This document shows, one piece after another, positions 54,001-64,000 of a DNA stretch of 64,000 nt; positions within the stretch are counted from its first letter, which is position 1, and every line of letters starts with the position of its first letter. The notes below the pieces were generated by a model, which had not been told where the DNA came from, ran no database searches, and saw nothing but the letters and a program-made list of their open reading frames with translations. This DNA comes from Acanthaster planci (taxonomy: Eukaryota). Position numbers and translations under genes: made by a program. Location: positions 977,858-1,041,857 of the forward strand of contig NW_019091360.1 in the NCBI RefSeq assembly GCF_001949145.1. The letters run 5' to 3'.

Positions 54001-57000
54001 GCACGTTGCTTTGGTTTTGGTAGCATCTTTGAAGGCCTGTACGTATCTTCTTTTTTAACCCTAACAGTACCGGGTGTTGTTTGGCTTAGACTACTCAGGA
54101 CTACAAAATACTACATAACACTCTAAGCCTGAAGGACCTAGCGCTACAAATTACTACTTTTGGCTAGGTTTATTCCACTGTTACTCGTAGAGGACAATGA
54201 AACCATGCATTCATAGTGCCACAGCACTGTATGGTACATTGTCTTCTCTGTTGTGTTTTATGGCTTCAGAGAATAATAATGTCATATCCTCTTACAAGCG
54301 ACAGGGCTGAGTACTATATTTTACTACTAAGTAGTACTTTGTAGCATTCGGGACTGTTAGGGTTAATGGTAAAAGTCTGAATGTTGGTGTGAAGGATGAT
54401 CCTTGTAGTTACATGTACTTTAAAATAATATAATAATTCCTGCTACAACTGTATCCTTCATGAGGTATGTCAAGGTACTAGTGTGTTTAAAAATTTGTTT
54501 TCCGGCAAATCTGAGTCTGGTGATATAAGACTGACTTTCTTGTAAATTTTGCTGTGGGAAATCGTCACAATCAGAGGTTGATAAGTTAGACCTGTGGCCA
54601 CTGGTTACCACAACCAAAGGAACACTAATGATCAGTCCATTGATTTTCCTTTTGTAATCAAGCAAATCCTGTGTCAAACAGCACATTTTGAATATAATGG
54701 ACTCTGAACTTCCTTCACTGTGAATTAAACAACTAAAACATGCCTTACATGTATATCTGGGAACATAGGTAATTTAATATCCAACGATCTTGACAAAACA
54801 CTCCCCCAAATAGTGAACAGAACAGAACATAGATGAATAGGATATTGTAGAAAGGATAACATTTCAGGACTGCAAATGTCAACATTATATGCTTTTTTCC
54901 TTGAATCGTCTTAATTTTGTCCAACTCACAAACCGCACGACCACAAGTGCCAAAGTCACTTGAAGAAAGAAGTAATTAATTACATGGCTTGTAATTTGAG
55001 ACGTGTTGCTGGAAAGTCACTTCCATCTTAAAGGTCAAGAAAGTTGCTAGGGGTATTGAGTACAAACCTTGACTGTGTCATTCGGTGACAATGATCCGAT
55101 ACGGAGAGGTTTGAGGAACTTCCTGACGATTTTCTTGTCAGGATGAAAGGCAACAAAGGGATCCTAAAGGTGACAGGAAATTGGAGATGACACTATTCAA
55201 AGTAGACTGAATTGAAGTCAGTTGTCACTTGTGCAAGGCTTTTTGATGCCTTAGTCAAAGGGATTTAGAAGAAATACAGGGATTTCTGTAAATTGAACAT
55301 TTCTAAAGATAAGTTCTACTTTCATTTTTTTGAGGATTACTTTTTGGGTCTGACCCATCTGTCATTTTTTTTTCCATTATAATACAAGTATAACTGTATG
55401 CTGATATTTCTAATGACAAAACAGTAAAATGAAAGCAAAATGGTTTACTTCTGGACGCTAAAAGCCATAGATTAATTGTTTAATGTACGTTCTTCAACAA
55501 TAGTTGGCAATGTTTGCAAGGCAAATTTGTACAAGGCAGGTCAAAGCCTCAAGTCAAAGTGTAACTGGAGTCTAATTCCAGTCTTTGTGACCAATTCCAC
55601 AACACTGCCAATAAGCCACTTGCGAGTTAAATTTGAGTAAAATCTGGTACACTGTGTTATCCCATTGCACAGAAATGTAACAATTTAATTTCCCCAGACT
55701 AAGACACTGTTGCTATACCTCGTGATTCGGGGCAAGCTTTTGCACAGCGACCACCATCTCTGGAATGGACTGGTTCCTTTGTGCTGTTCTTATCCATTGA
55801 GAACAATGTATTGTGGCAAGGCGTCTCTTATGTTACTAAGCAAAAGCTTGCCCTGAATCACGAGGTATACCGCTAGCAACAGTGGTTTTAGTATGGAGAA
55901 TTCAAGTTGTTACATGTATGTTCACGTGAATTTAAAGAACTCAGTGTACCAGAGTTTATTCAAATTTAACTCGCAAATGGCTTATTGTAGCCAACAATTC
56001 TTGTTGGTGACCAATCCCGTTTTTAACCATTTGGCCATTGTGGCATGGTTTCTGTTATTGCCACTTGTTTGATGAGGCCTCCAAGGCAATCAAAGTCACC
56101 GGCCAATAACGGGCAACATACATGTAACACAACACTGGACTTGTGATATTCATCACAATTTAATGGCAACTTCATTTACACATGGCAATTATGGCAGTCT
56201 TTAGCTGGGGGAAGGGAAGAGATTCACCCCATGGCTGTGAGGAGGTCTCACCACTTGAAAATCAGACCTTAATGTTAGGCCACCAGGCTGGCACCTGTGA
56301 GCTGTATCATACATGTATGTGACCCGCTCTGCAAAAAAGGGTATTAAGTCACGCTGTGCCAAAACACGTAATGACCTGTTCTATTTGAAGAGGGCAAAAT
56401 TTCTTCAAAAATGTGGTGCTGTGTTTTTTCCTTTAATAGCTTCTATAATATTTATATTTTCAGAATTTGTGACTACAAACACTCATACTGAGGATCAAAG
56501 ATGAAAAATTGATCATTCAGTAAGAAATCCTGTAAAGCATTGTGTTTCCAAGCGCTACACTTTATGAGCTTTTTCTAGAATGGTGCTTTTATTGAATACG
56601 AAAATGTGGATATACAAATGTCCATATATCTCCAGAACGCAGTGCACTACAGGGGGTCATTCATGTATCAAATTGTAACTTTTGATGTACAGAATCCAGC
56701 CATATCACAAGCTTGTAACCTGAATCTGGCGACTTATTACCCATTTTTCTAGAGTAAGTCACATAGCACTGCTCAATGTTTACAATGACCTGCAATGAAG
56801 CTTGTTAAAGTCTACTTACAGTGGCATCTTCCCCAGCGTAGTGGGACAGCACCTTGAGTCCCCCTGGGTGTCTCTTCACCCACTGGGAGACATCATACAC
56901 TCCATCCTCAATCACAACCCACTTGTCTGTCCGAGTGCTGTGCTTTTTCACTTCATCCCATGAGTAGTAACCGTGTTTATTGACCTCTGACACACCTTGA

Positions 57001-57020
57001 CCTTGATGACCTTTACCCAT
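45023..57020 (-). CDS. fads: Front-end fatty acyl desaturase C (most canonical paralog), 10 coding exons, 437 aa
   Basis: Exons 57020-56820, 55163-55068, 53558-53361, 52956-52855, 50907-50721, 49424-49348, 49204-49107, 47904-47728, 45988-45863, 45074-45023 total 1314 nt, GT-AG and in frame. Motifs [26 protein letters not shown]. Confidence 0.95.
45863..45988 (-). CDS. fads: FADS-C coding exon 9
   Basis: [42 protein letters not shown]. Confidence 0.95.
46378..46737. mobile_element. MITE family X, copy 1 (FADS-C intron 8)
   Basis: Long TIRs AAGCCATTTGCGAGTTAAATTTGAATAAAATCTGGTACAC ... GTGTACCAGATTTTATTCAAATTGAACTCCCAAGTGGCTT; second copy at 55612-55984. Confidence 0.9.
46742..46873. mobile_element. 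Small degenerate hairpin element abutting MITE X copy 1
   Basis: TTAGTTATCACTC...GAACACTGCATAATTTAGTGCGTCTGTG inverted against CACAGATCCACTACATTATTCCATGTTC...GCGTGATAACGAA. Confidence 0.55.
47728..47904 (-). CDS. fads: FADS-C coding exon 8 (His box 3)
   Basis: [18 protein letters not shown]...[10 protein letters not shown]. Confidence 0.95.
49107..49204 (-). CDS. fads: FADS-C coding exon 7
   Basis: [33 protein letters not shown]. Confidence 0.92.
49348..49424 (-). CDS. fads: FADS-C coding exon 6
   Basis: [25 protein letters not shown]. Confidence 0.92.
50721..50907 (-). CDS. fads: FADS-C coding exon 5 (His box 2)
   Basis: [26 protein letters not shown]...YFFL. Confidence 0.95.
51990..52200. 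repeat. Repeat-derived segment with internal direct repeats
   Basis: TCACGATT.AATGT.AACTTTG.ACCTCTA occurs twice (~52083 and ~52166), with several AGATATCTCT-like motifs. Confidence 0.5.
52855..52956 (-). CDS. fads: FADS-C coding exon 4 (His box 1)
   Basis: [34 protein letters not shown]. Confidence 0.95.
53361..53558 (-). CDS. fads: FADS-C coding exon 3
   Basis: [11 protein letters not shown]...[10 protein letters not shown]...LLTISQ. Confidence 0.93.
54059..54362. mobile_element. piggyBac-like MITE with TTAA target-site duplication
   Basis: TTAA|CCCTAACAGTACCG ... CGGGACTGTTAGGG|TTAA. Confidence 0.75.
55068..55163 (-). CDS. fads: FADS-C coding exon 2
   Basis: [32 protein letters not shown]. 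Confidence 0.92.
55612..55984. mobile_element. MITE family X, copy 2 (FADS-C intron 1), opposite orientation to copy 1
   Basis: TAAGCCACTTGCGAGTTAAATTTG ... CAAATTTAACTCGCAAATGGCTTA; the internal unique segment is the reverse complement of that in 46378-46737. Confidence 0.9.
56318..56763. mobile_element. TA-flanked MITE-like element
   Basis: TA|TGTGACCCGCTCTGCAAAAAAGGGTATTAAGTC ... GACTTATTACCCATTTTTCTAGAGTAAGTCACA|TA. Confidence 0.7.
56820..57020 (-). CDS. fads: FADS-C coding exon 1
   Basis: MGKGHQ...[18 protein letters not shown]. Confidence 0.95.
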
Positions 57021-58134
57021 GATGTCAATTGCCTTTGATACAGGCACACATACCTAAATTTACCTACACACATAAGGAATACAACAACAAAAATTTTGAC
57101 AAAGGTTTAAATTCATTAGGAGAAAAATCCCAGTACAGAGTACATGTAGGTGGAGAACTATTTTGAACTATTTGATGAATTGAAAAACACATTTTTGGGT
57201 TTTGAATATACTCGTACATTATGTATGTAGAATTTGCAAATCATAAAAACTAAATGGAACAAAAAACCTCTTACAATAGCAAAACAAGCAGGTTCATTTT
57301 CAGAGGGGGGGTGTTAATAAACTGCATCAAACAGACCCTACTGACAGGGATTTGCTTGGAATTTGCTTGTTTTTGTCCTTTTTAATATTTAACAGGTGTT
57401 CCAGTGTACAAAGCCACCATCTAGACACAATCCTGCATTCAAACTCTCTTGCCTGGTTACACATTTCAAACAATCTTTTCTTGACTATTTTGGGTATTGT
57501 GTATACTGAAACACAGAAGTGAACACCGAGCTGGCAGGACCTTGTGTTTGAACAGCCGGTTTCTATGAATAAAGGGAACCAATGCTAGCCCATTACATTT
57601 ATACCTTAATGGTTATACAACTTCTGCATCTGTGCTGTACAAAATGCCCTATTGCACTATCACAGTTTATTCAACTCATCTGGTTTAATCAAATGTTTTC
57701 TTTGCGTAAATGTACACTGTACATAAACTGCATGTGTTCACACCACAGAGCTATATTTAATTACTAAAGCGCTGACTATTCATTCTCCGCATGGAGCAAA
57801 TTTGACACCATCCTGGGTGCAGACATTTTCAATCCATGTGCGTGCTTTTAGAACATTCGAAATCCTATCTAATGTGTCCAATTAGGTACTCTAAATGCAA
57901 CACGCATTGGGAATTGGTAAAATCTACTTAAAAAAGTCACAGCCAAATTATCTACAGACCATACACGCATGCGTTGTTTACTCAGAGCAAGATGAAATGC
58001 TCATTTATTGACTGTAAATGCTTAATGTACAGCGTGTACGTACATGCACATAATGGTGCACAAATTTACGCCACGTAACTGTATATTTTTTATAAGCTTT
58101 TGAGAAGAGGAATAGAAAATCAAAGGTAAATTGG

Positions 58135-58313
58135 CTTTGCTCCTAACCACATCGCCCCATTGCCACTTCCCCCCATTTCTACTTTGCCCCTAACCACATC
58201 GCCCCATAGCCACTTCCCCCCATTTCCACTTTGCCCCTAACCACATCGCCCCATTGCCACTTCCCCCATTTCCACTTTGCTCCTAACCACATCGCCCCAT
58301 TGCCACTTCGCCC
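58135..58313. repeat. 47-bp minisatellite, ~3.8 copies
   Basis: CTTTGC(T/C)CCTAACCACATCGCCCCATTGCCACTTCCCCCCATTTCCA units start at 58135, 58182, 58229 and 58275. Confidence 0.9.
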
Positions 58314-58957
58314 TGATGTACATGTAAACTTTAACGTCTATGGGTTTAGTTTTAACCTAAGAGTACTGCTGAAGGATACAATGTCAACAGTTTATCTGCC
58401 CAGCCAAACTAAAGATTCAAATTCAGGCAGTTTGCTAAAGAAAATGTTACAATAAACATGATCATCCTATCATTATGGAGTCAAGTCATGCGGCCAGGCA
58501 ATAAGGCCTAAATGTAGTGAAATCATCGGCGCTATAAGGAGTGAAGTTATGCTGAAAATGTACTGACTGTACACAGTATGTGCCTAGTTTCACCAAAATA
58601 TAATCATTGAAAGTTTAGGGTTGCTATGTGATTCTTAAGTGATTATAATTACTAAAGGAAGATGAAAGGAGAGACGCATTTTATTCTGTCTTCTAAAGTC
58701 AACTTTGTTTGGAAACAGAGTCACAAGGAAGGCCTAGTGGCTCAAACGAAAGGATTAAAATGGAAGAGAATACGGAGCCATGGCAGCCTACATATAGGGG
58801 ATCACTAGAAGACTACAGGAGAAACTTAAATGACAATTTTAAGAAATGATATCTTTTCTTTCATTATTCCAATGCTATTATCAAATCCATTGTCACGTGG
58901 TGTCAATCAATGACACAAGAAAGACGCCTTGTTTGTCTTTGTGCCAGAATTTCCTGG

Positions 58958-59095
58958 GGAGAAGCGGCAATGGGGCAAAGTGGGGGCAGGGCTATGTGGG
59001 GATGGGACGAAGTGGGGATGGGGCAAAATGACTATGGGGTGAGGTGGTTAGAGGCGAAGTGACATGGGGTGAAGTGGAAACGGGGCAAAGTGACC
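58958..59095. repeat. Degenerate G-rich array of ~15-bp subunits, inverted relative to the 58135-58313 minisatellite
   Basis: GGCAATGGGGCAAAGTGG, GGTGGTTAGAGGCGAAGTG and GTGGAAACGGGGCAAAGTG resemble reverse complements of parts of the 47-bp unit. Confidence 0.6.
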
Positions 59096-59346
59096 AACAC
59101 CCCTCAGAACAGAATTCATGGAATTGAATCGTATGTTCGTCAATTTGCTCATGAATGTAATCTTATGAGGTGTAGGTGCATGGTCTATTTCTGGGAAGAA
59201 CGTGGGAATTATTGGTCCCTACATCAAAGAAACAGTAATTGCTGCCACTTCCCCTTAACCATGCCGTAGGCCTACATGTATTTCATTTGATTGACTGGTC
59301 TACAATATAAACCATGATGTACATCATGATGGGCCAAGCCCAGCGG

Positions 59347-60120
59347 ACATTGGCTACAATGCACTGCGACTAACATCCAAGATGTAAAGTCTTCCTACCA
59401 AAGCGAAATTTGTTTCAACTTTTCTTTCTCATATTTTTACCTGGCATAGGCAGCTCAAACATCATTTACAAATGCCTTGTATCCCAAATTCCATAAATGC
59501 TGTGTTGAAATTTCTAACTACACCCGTTGACGACGTATTTTGCAGGAAATTTAGCACAACTCCACTCTTTCCGTCGTGCACGATCTACCTTCGCCCAGTA
59601 GTAAGTTGTACATGCGCGAAATGCATAGCAACTGACCACCCATTACACATGCACGGAGGAGCCTTGGGAGTGAATAAGTTACAGATAACTGACAAAATGT
59701 GGGTCGCCGGGCCTTAAAGTCAATGAAAATTTGTGGTTTTGGGGCTGATTTTTCTCTATTTGTGTGTTTTGAGTACAGCACCATGTCCACACATGCGTAA
59801 GGGGCAGTCAGTTGCTATGCATTTTGCGCTTGTGCAAATGTATACAAGACGAATATAGCTTATTCACAACGGAAAATGTGAAGTTGCGCTAAATTTCCTG
59901 CAAAATATGTCATATGTGGGCGTATTTACTAAATTGAGTCATTTCAACACAGCATTTATGGAATTCGGGATACAAGGCACTTGTGAATGACATTTGAGCT
60001 GCCTCCACCAGGTAAAACTAAAAATGTGACAACAAAGTTTGAAAAAATTTTGCATTGTACGAGCATGACGAGGACTACATAGGCCTACCCTGGATGTCAG
60101 TGGTAGTGTAATGAGAATGT
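59347..60120. mobile_element. Long-arm inverted-repeat (foldback/MITE) element
   Basis: ~300-bp arms, e.g. GGCAGCTCAAACATCATTTACAAATGCCTTGTATCCCAAATTCCATAAATGCTGTGTTGAAAT inverted against ATTTCAACACAGCATTTATGGAATTCGGGATACAAGGCACTTGTGAATGACATTTGAGCTGCC. Confidence 0.8.
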
Positions 60121-60902
60121 TAAATGAAGACAACGTCCAAACCTGCCAACCTGGCCCTGGGCTAATGTAGGACCTAACGTTAGGCCTAAAATAGGCTGAG
60201 TAACTTTTTTAAAATATGGACATGGTCAGGCGATAGTACCACCCGACCATGTCGAAATGTTTAAAAAGGCGATTTGAATTTGTAGATGTAGTAGGGCCAG
60301 CTCTACTAAGTGGAGCATTAGTACTGTTCCCCTTTTTCGATTTTGGACGGGAGTATGACGATCCCGTCCAAAATTGAAAAAGATGAATACTCACGCTCCA
60401 CTTACAGGTAGTAGAGCTAATGTAGAACATGATGATGTACGCCTAGGTCCAAGTTAGGCCTAGGCCTACTCGGACCATGGAGGAAGGTCCATGCTCGGAC
60501 TAAGCCTAACCATGGAGGTGTGATTCTACCTCGATGGCCTAACTCAGTAACTGACATGACTGACAAAGCACTACTGCCACTAGGCATGCTAGGACTGGGC
60601 CGGGCCTCCTTACCTCCAAAAATTTTTCTTCTGTATCCAATCGCTTCCAGGAGAACCAGAAATGCTAGATTACAGCACGGCCATGGGCGGTAGAGGTGCA
60701 CGTATTTATTAATCAGACAATGACATGCACTGAGCTCATACTATGTCAAAGAGCAGGGCGTATCTAGGGAAACGGAAAAGGAGGCCATTATCGGAACAGC
60801 ACTACTTCCTTGGCGCTTTTTGTTAGAACACATGATGGCGCCCTGCGGCTTGTTCACACCAAGGCTGCGTCCAGTCTGTATCTGCAAGTGTTGTCCAGCA
60901 AT

Positions 60903-61944
60903 TATGGAGGACGAAAAGTGGCCATCTGCTTTTCTGCTATCAAAGTAGTAGAAAAGCTGGTAACATGCAATTTTGACTTTTCTACTTTTCTGCCACCTCA
61001 AAAAGCAGAACGAGCATTGTTTGGTTAGGCCTATGCATTTTTCTATTTTTCTGCTTTTCTGCTTCAAAAAAGGCAGGTTTTACTTTTTCTTTGTTCGCTT
61101 ACGGCCAAAAAGCGGCCATCTGCTTTTCTCCTTTTGAACAGGCAGAAAAGAGGATCGAACGTTTGACAACAACCGTGAATTCTACTTTTTTGCTTTTTTG
61201 ATACCGGAAGAGCAATGTTACATTGGCGGCCGAAAAGTGGCCATCTGCTTTTCTGCCTTCCAAGGGTCGTGAACGGGGTCGTGAACCTCAGGTTATGACC
61301 GTTTCCTTTCTTGGGGATTGAAGACGTATAAACCAATAATCACAGTCCACCTATCTTTTATAATGAAAGATTCACATGTTTTCCTTGGACCAAGCAAGCT
61401 TGTGTGTCTATACCTGTAAAACTGTGTTTCCTTTGAGATGCTGGTTTCTCTGCCTCACAGGGACAATGATACTGCCGTATGGCATTGTTCCGCAGAAAAC
61501 ATGTTTGAGCAGTGGTTTCTATACATCTTCATTCCCCAGAACGGAAACGGTGGTAACCTACAGGTTCATGGCCCCATTCACGGCCCACTGAGGACAGAAA
61601 AGATGGTCACTTTTCGGCCACCTATGTAAAATCTGCTTCTCCGGTATCACAAAAGCAGAAAAGATGAATTCACGGTTGTCGTCAAAACGTTCAATCCACT
61701 TTCCTGCTTGTTTGATATGTAAAAAGCAGATGGCCAATTTTCGGCCGCCATCAAAAAGAGGAAAGTAAAACTACATTTGTAGAAGCAGGAAAGTGGACAA
61801 ATGCATTACAATAAAATGGCCATTCTGCTTTTGAGGTAGCAGAAAAGTGGAAAAGTCAAAATTGCATGTTTCAAAGACGTAGAATCCGTAATTGTCTACT
61901 ATTCTGATGGCAGAAAAGCAGATGGCCACTTTTCGTACTCAATA
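60903..61944. mobile_element. Long-arm inverted-repeat (foldback/MITE) element
   Basis: Arms 60903-61335 and 61513-61944, each with three copies of an AAAAGTGGCCATCTGCTTTTC-like motif; ~180-bp spacer. Confidence 0.85.
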
Positions 61945-64000
61945 CCAGCATGCTACCTGTCACAGTGGCAGTACTAGGGCACGGTACGTACCTGCCAGTG
62001 GCGCAGTGTGGAATTTGAAATGCAACTTATTGTGCATGCCACTGAAGACAGCTATTGCATATGAGACTATGGAGCAGTAGCACTACGGTGCACATGAGGG
62101 GTAGCCTACTTGGCAGTTCGTCCACACTTTCCGAATTTAAATTGGTAAACAGGAAGGTAACGAAATCGTAGTGTAACTAATATAAAACAAACCACGCGCA
62201 AGCAATTGCCTAAATTTGTGCCGGATATGGGAGGGATTAGTACCACCCATGACACCAGTGGCATATCCCGCGGGGGGTAATTGAAGTAATCTTTATATTT
62301 TTTATCAAATATTAGGACCAAAAACCTAAGAAAACAACATCACGAAAAAAAGCTAAGATGTCGAGATCGTTAGTAAAGCTTTTGATAATTTTTTTACCCC
62401 CAACCATCATGTTAAATGAGCCAAAGCCGTATTCGCTTTTAAACTCCCCCCCCACACACACACATACCAAAAGCTGGATACGCCACGTGACAAGAAAGAC
62501 CGAAGACTCACGGAAGTTTATCCCGACAGCAATATTCATATTCATAACCAAGGGCGGATGCGGGGGGGGGCAATGGGGCCATTTGGGTCTGGGTCCGGCC
62601 TTGGCCTTGACATAACTGTCTGGGGACATGTACATGTGCTTCTTTAATGGTAAATTGTTTTACTGCCAGTCTTGAGAGGAGATTGGTCATTACGCTTCGC
62701 TGAAGCTTGCTCTGTTGAATTTTCCGACTTCCTTTGAAACAAAAAATCCTCTTGCCACTAATGTAGCCTTTATTCAAGTCTGGTTACCCCATACTCGCTT
62801 ATCGACATGTATAAGCGCATGCTGATGCCACAGATGTAAGCCCATAATATGCTATGGTTTGTTCGAGCAAGCATGCTATTCTGTAATATAGGTCAGAAAA
62901 AATCATTGAAAAATTTGGAATAACAGGGTCGCAACTGTCGAAATTGCAAACAAAGTGCATACAATCTTGTCCTTGCTCTATGATACAACTAAAAAAATGG
63001 AAAACGAAAACAAGGAAATTGACCCAAGCCAGTGCCTGCATCCGTTTCACGAAAAATGCATGATTGCTTAGTTTCTAAAACAGAAGTTTTGTTCTGTGCT
63101 GCATCGTGACATATGTAATACAGGGTCATATACGTTGATACTATGCTCGTGTACACGCTTGACAAGGTAGATAACACCAAATTGTAGGACTACAGAAAGT
63201 TGAAATCTATTCCACTCAGCAACCTAATTAGTTTTCAGGCATGCCATTCATTGCGAATTGTCGTGTGGAGATTTGACAGTCAGTGGCTGTTCACTTTGTG
63301 AGACCTGCCCCGCTGATGTTTGGGAGGCAAATGGATCGATGCAGAGCAATTGCCGCACTGATCAATACAACCGGTACGGAATTATACGAGAACCCTGTCG
63401 TACAGTATGCCATGTGCTGTTAATACTATAGGCACGGTGTCAGCAACAGTATCGCGTGTGTTTACCCTCATGGGTATGTGAATTATGACCGCCTCTGTTG
63501 AATTGGTGCACACATAGCCTAGCAAATCCCGAAAGGTTAGGAATGTTGGGAGTATGAGCTACATTAGGTTAAAGGAGAATGACGAAAAATGTCGTATCAC
63601 AAATTAATGGCTGCCGGTGTTGTCGGATTTGGTTTTTGATGTGTTGATATAACATTGTCGATGCTATGATCCAGGGTAAACTCCAGAGCCAGGATGTTGA
63701 TATGGGGGGGGGCGGCATTGAGCATGATTATGAACGGAGCTCCTGGGGGTTTTTATGCGAACTTCAGGCTTCTATATGACCTCAGGGCATGAGAAGCATT
63801 AACCTTCCCATGCTGAAACTGTCTGAGTGGAACTGCTGGAAAAGTTTCTGAGTGACACCATGCAAATATCCTTATCTTTATCTATATTCGTGAAAAAGCT
63901 GAAACTTAATTTCTCAACTCTTATAATCTTTGATATTTGGTACTCCTTGTCATGTTCTTGTCCGTGCATTAGTCCATGATCTGTCACTTGTAACGATATA

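Noticed and set aside
58135..58313. Regularly spaced repeats resembling a CRISPR array
   Set aside because: Contiguous tandem units with no unique spacers, no cas genes, eukaryotic context.
59472..60133. Two ORFs on opposite strands sharing PCIPNSINAVLK
   Set aside because: Simple consequence of the inverted-repeat arms; no coding signature.
62478..62490. ACGCCACGTGAC (and TTTACGCCACGT near 58066) as the FADS-C SRE module
   Set aside because: Only partial matches, lacking the second site at 15-bp spacing; insufficient support.
1..64000. Autonomous transposase, reverse transcriptase or viral ORFs
   Set aside because: No ORF in the track shows DDE, RT or viral motifs; all elements seen appear non-autonomous (gap content unknown).

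Overview
Eukaryotic, intron-rich, AT-rich genomic DNA, most likely a marine invertebrate. Gene content and repeats are compatible with an echinoderm or other invertebrate deuterostome, but this cannot be proven from the window. Four spliced protein-coding genes can be rebuilt by hand with GT-AG introns and consistent phases. On the + strand are the last three coding exons of a 2',3'-cyclic-nucleotide 3'-phosphodiesterase (CNPase/CNP-like) gene (3239-8135). On the - strand, converging on it, is a head-to-tail array of three intact front-end fatty acyl desaturases (cytochrome b5 HPGG plus three His boxes; 10 coding exons and 437 aa each): FADS-A 12638-22524, FADS-B 28759-38054 and FADS-C 45023-57020. 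Introns and intergenic DNA carry many MITE-like inverted repeats, minisatellites, a SINE-like fragment and one 676-N gap. Main observations: (i) about 10-fold excess of TACATGTA and TAGGCCTA octamers, with one TACATGTA demonstrably a 6-bp insertion at a TA site, consistent with DNA-transposon excision footprints distributed in gene-sized domains; (ii) FADS-B diverges at conserved positions in parallel with mammalian FADS3; (iii) an E-box plus double-SRE module with conserved 15-bp spacing upstream of FADS-A and FADS-B; (iv) probable gene conversion between exon 1 of FADS-A and FADS-C; (v) a CNPase with a degenerate P-loop, a long insert and no CaaX tail. Comparisons with human proteins are from memory and need alignment to confirm.
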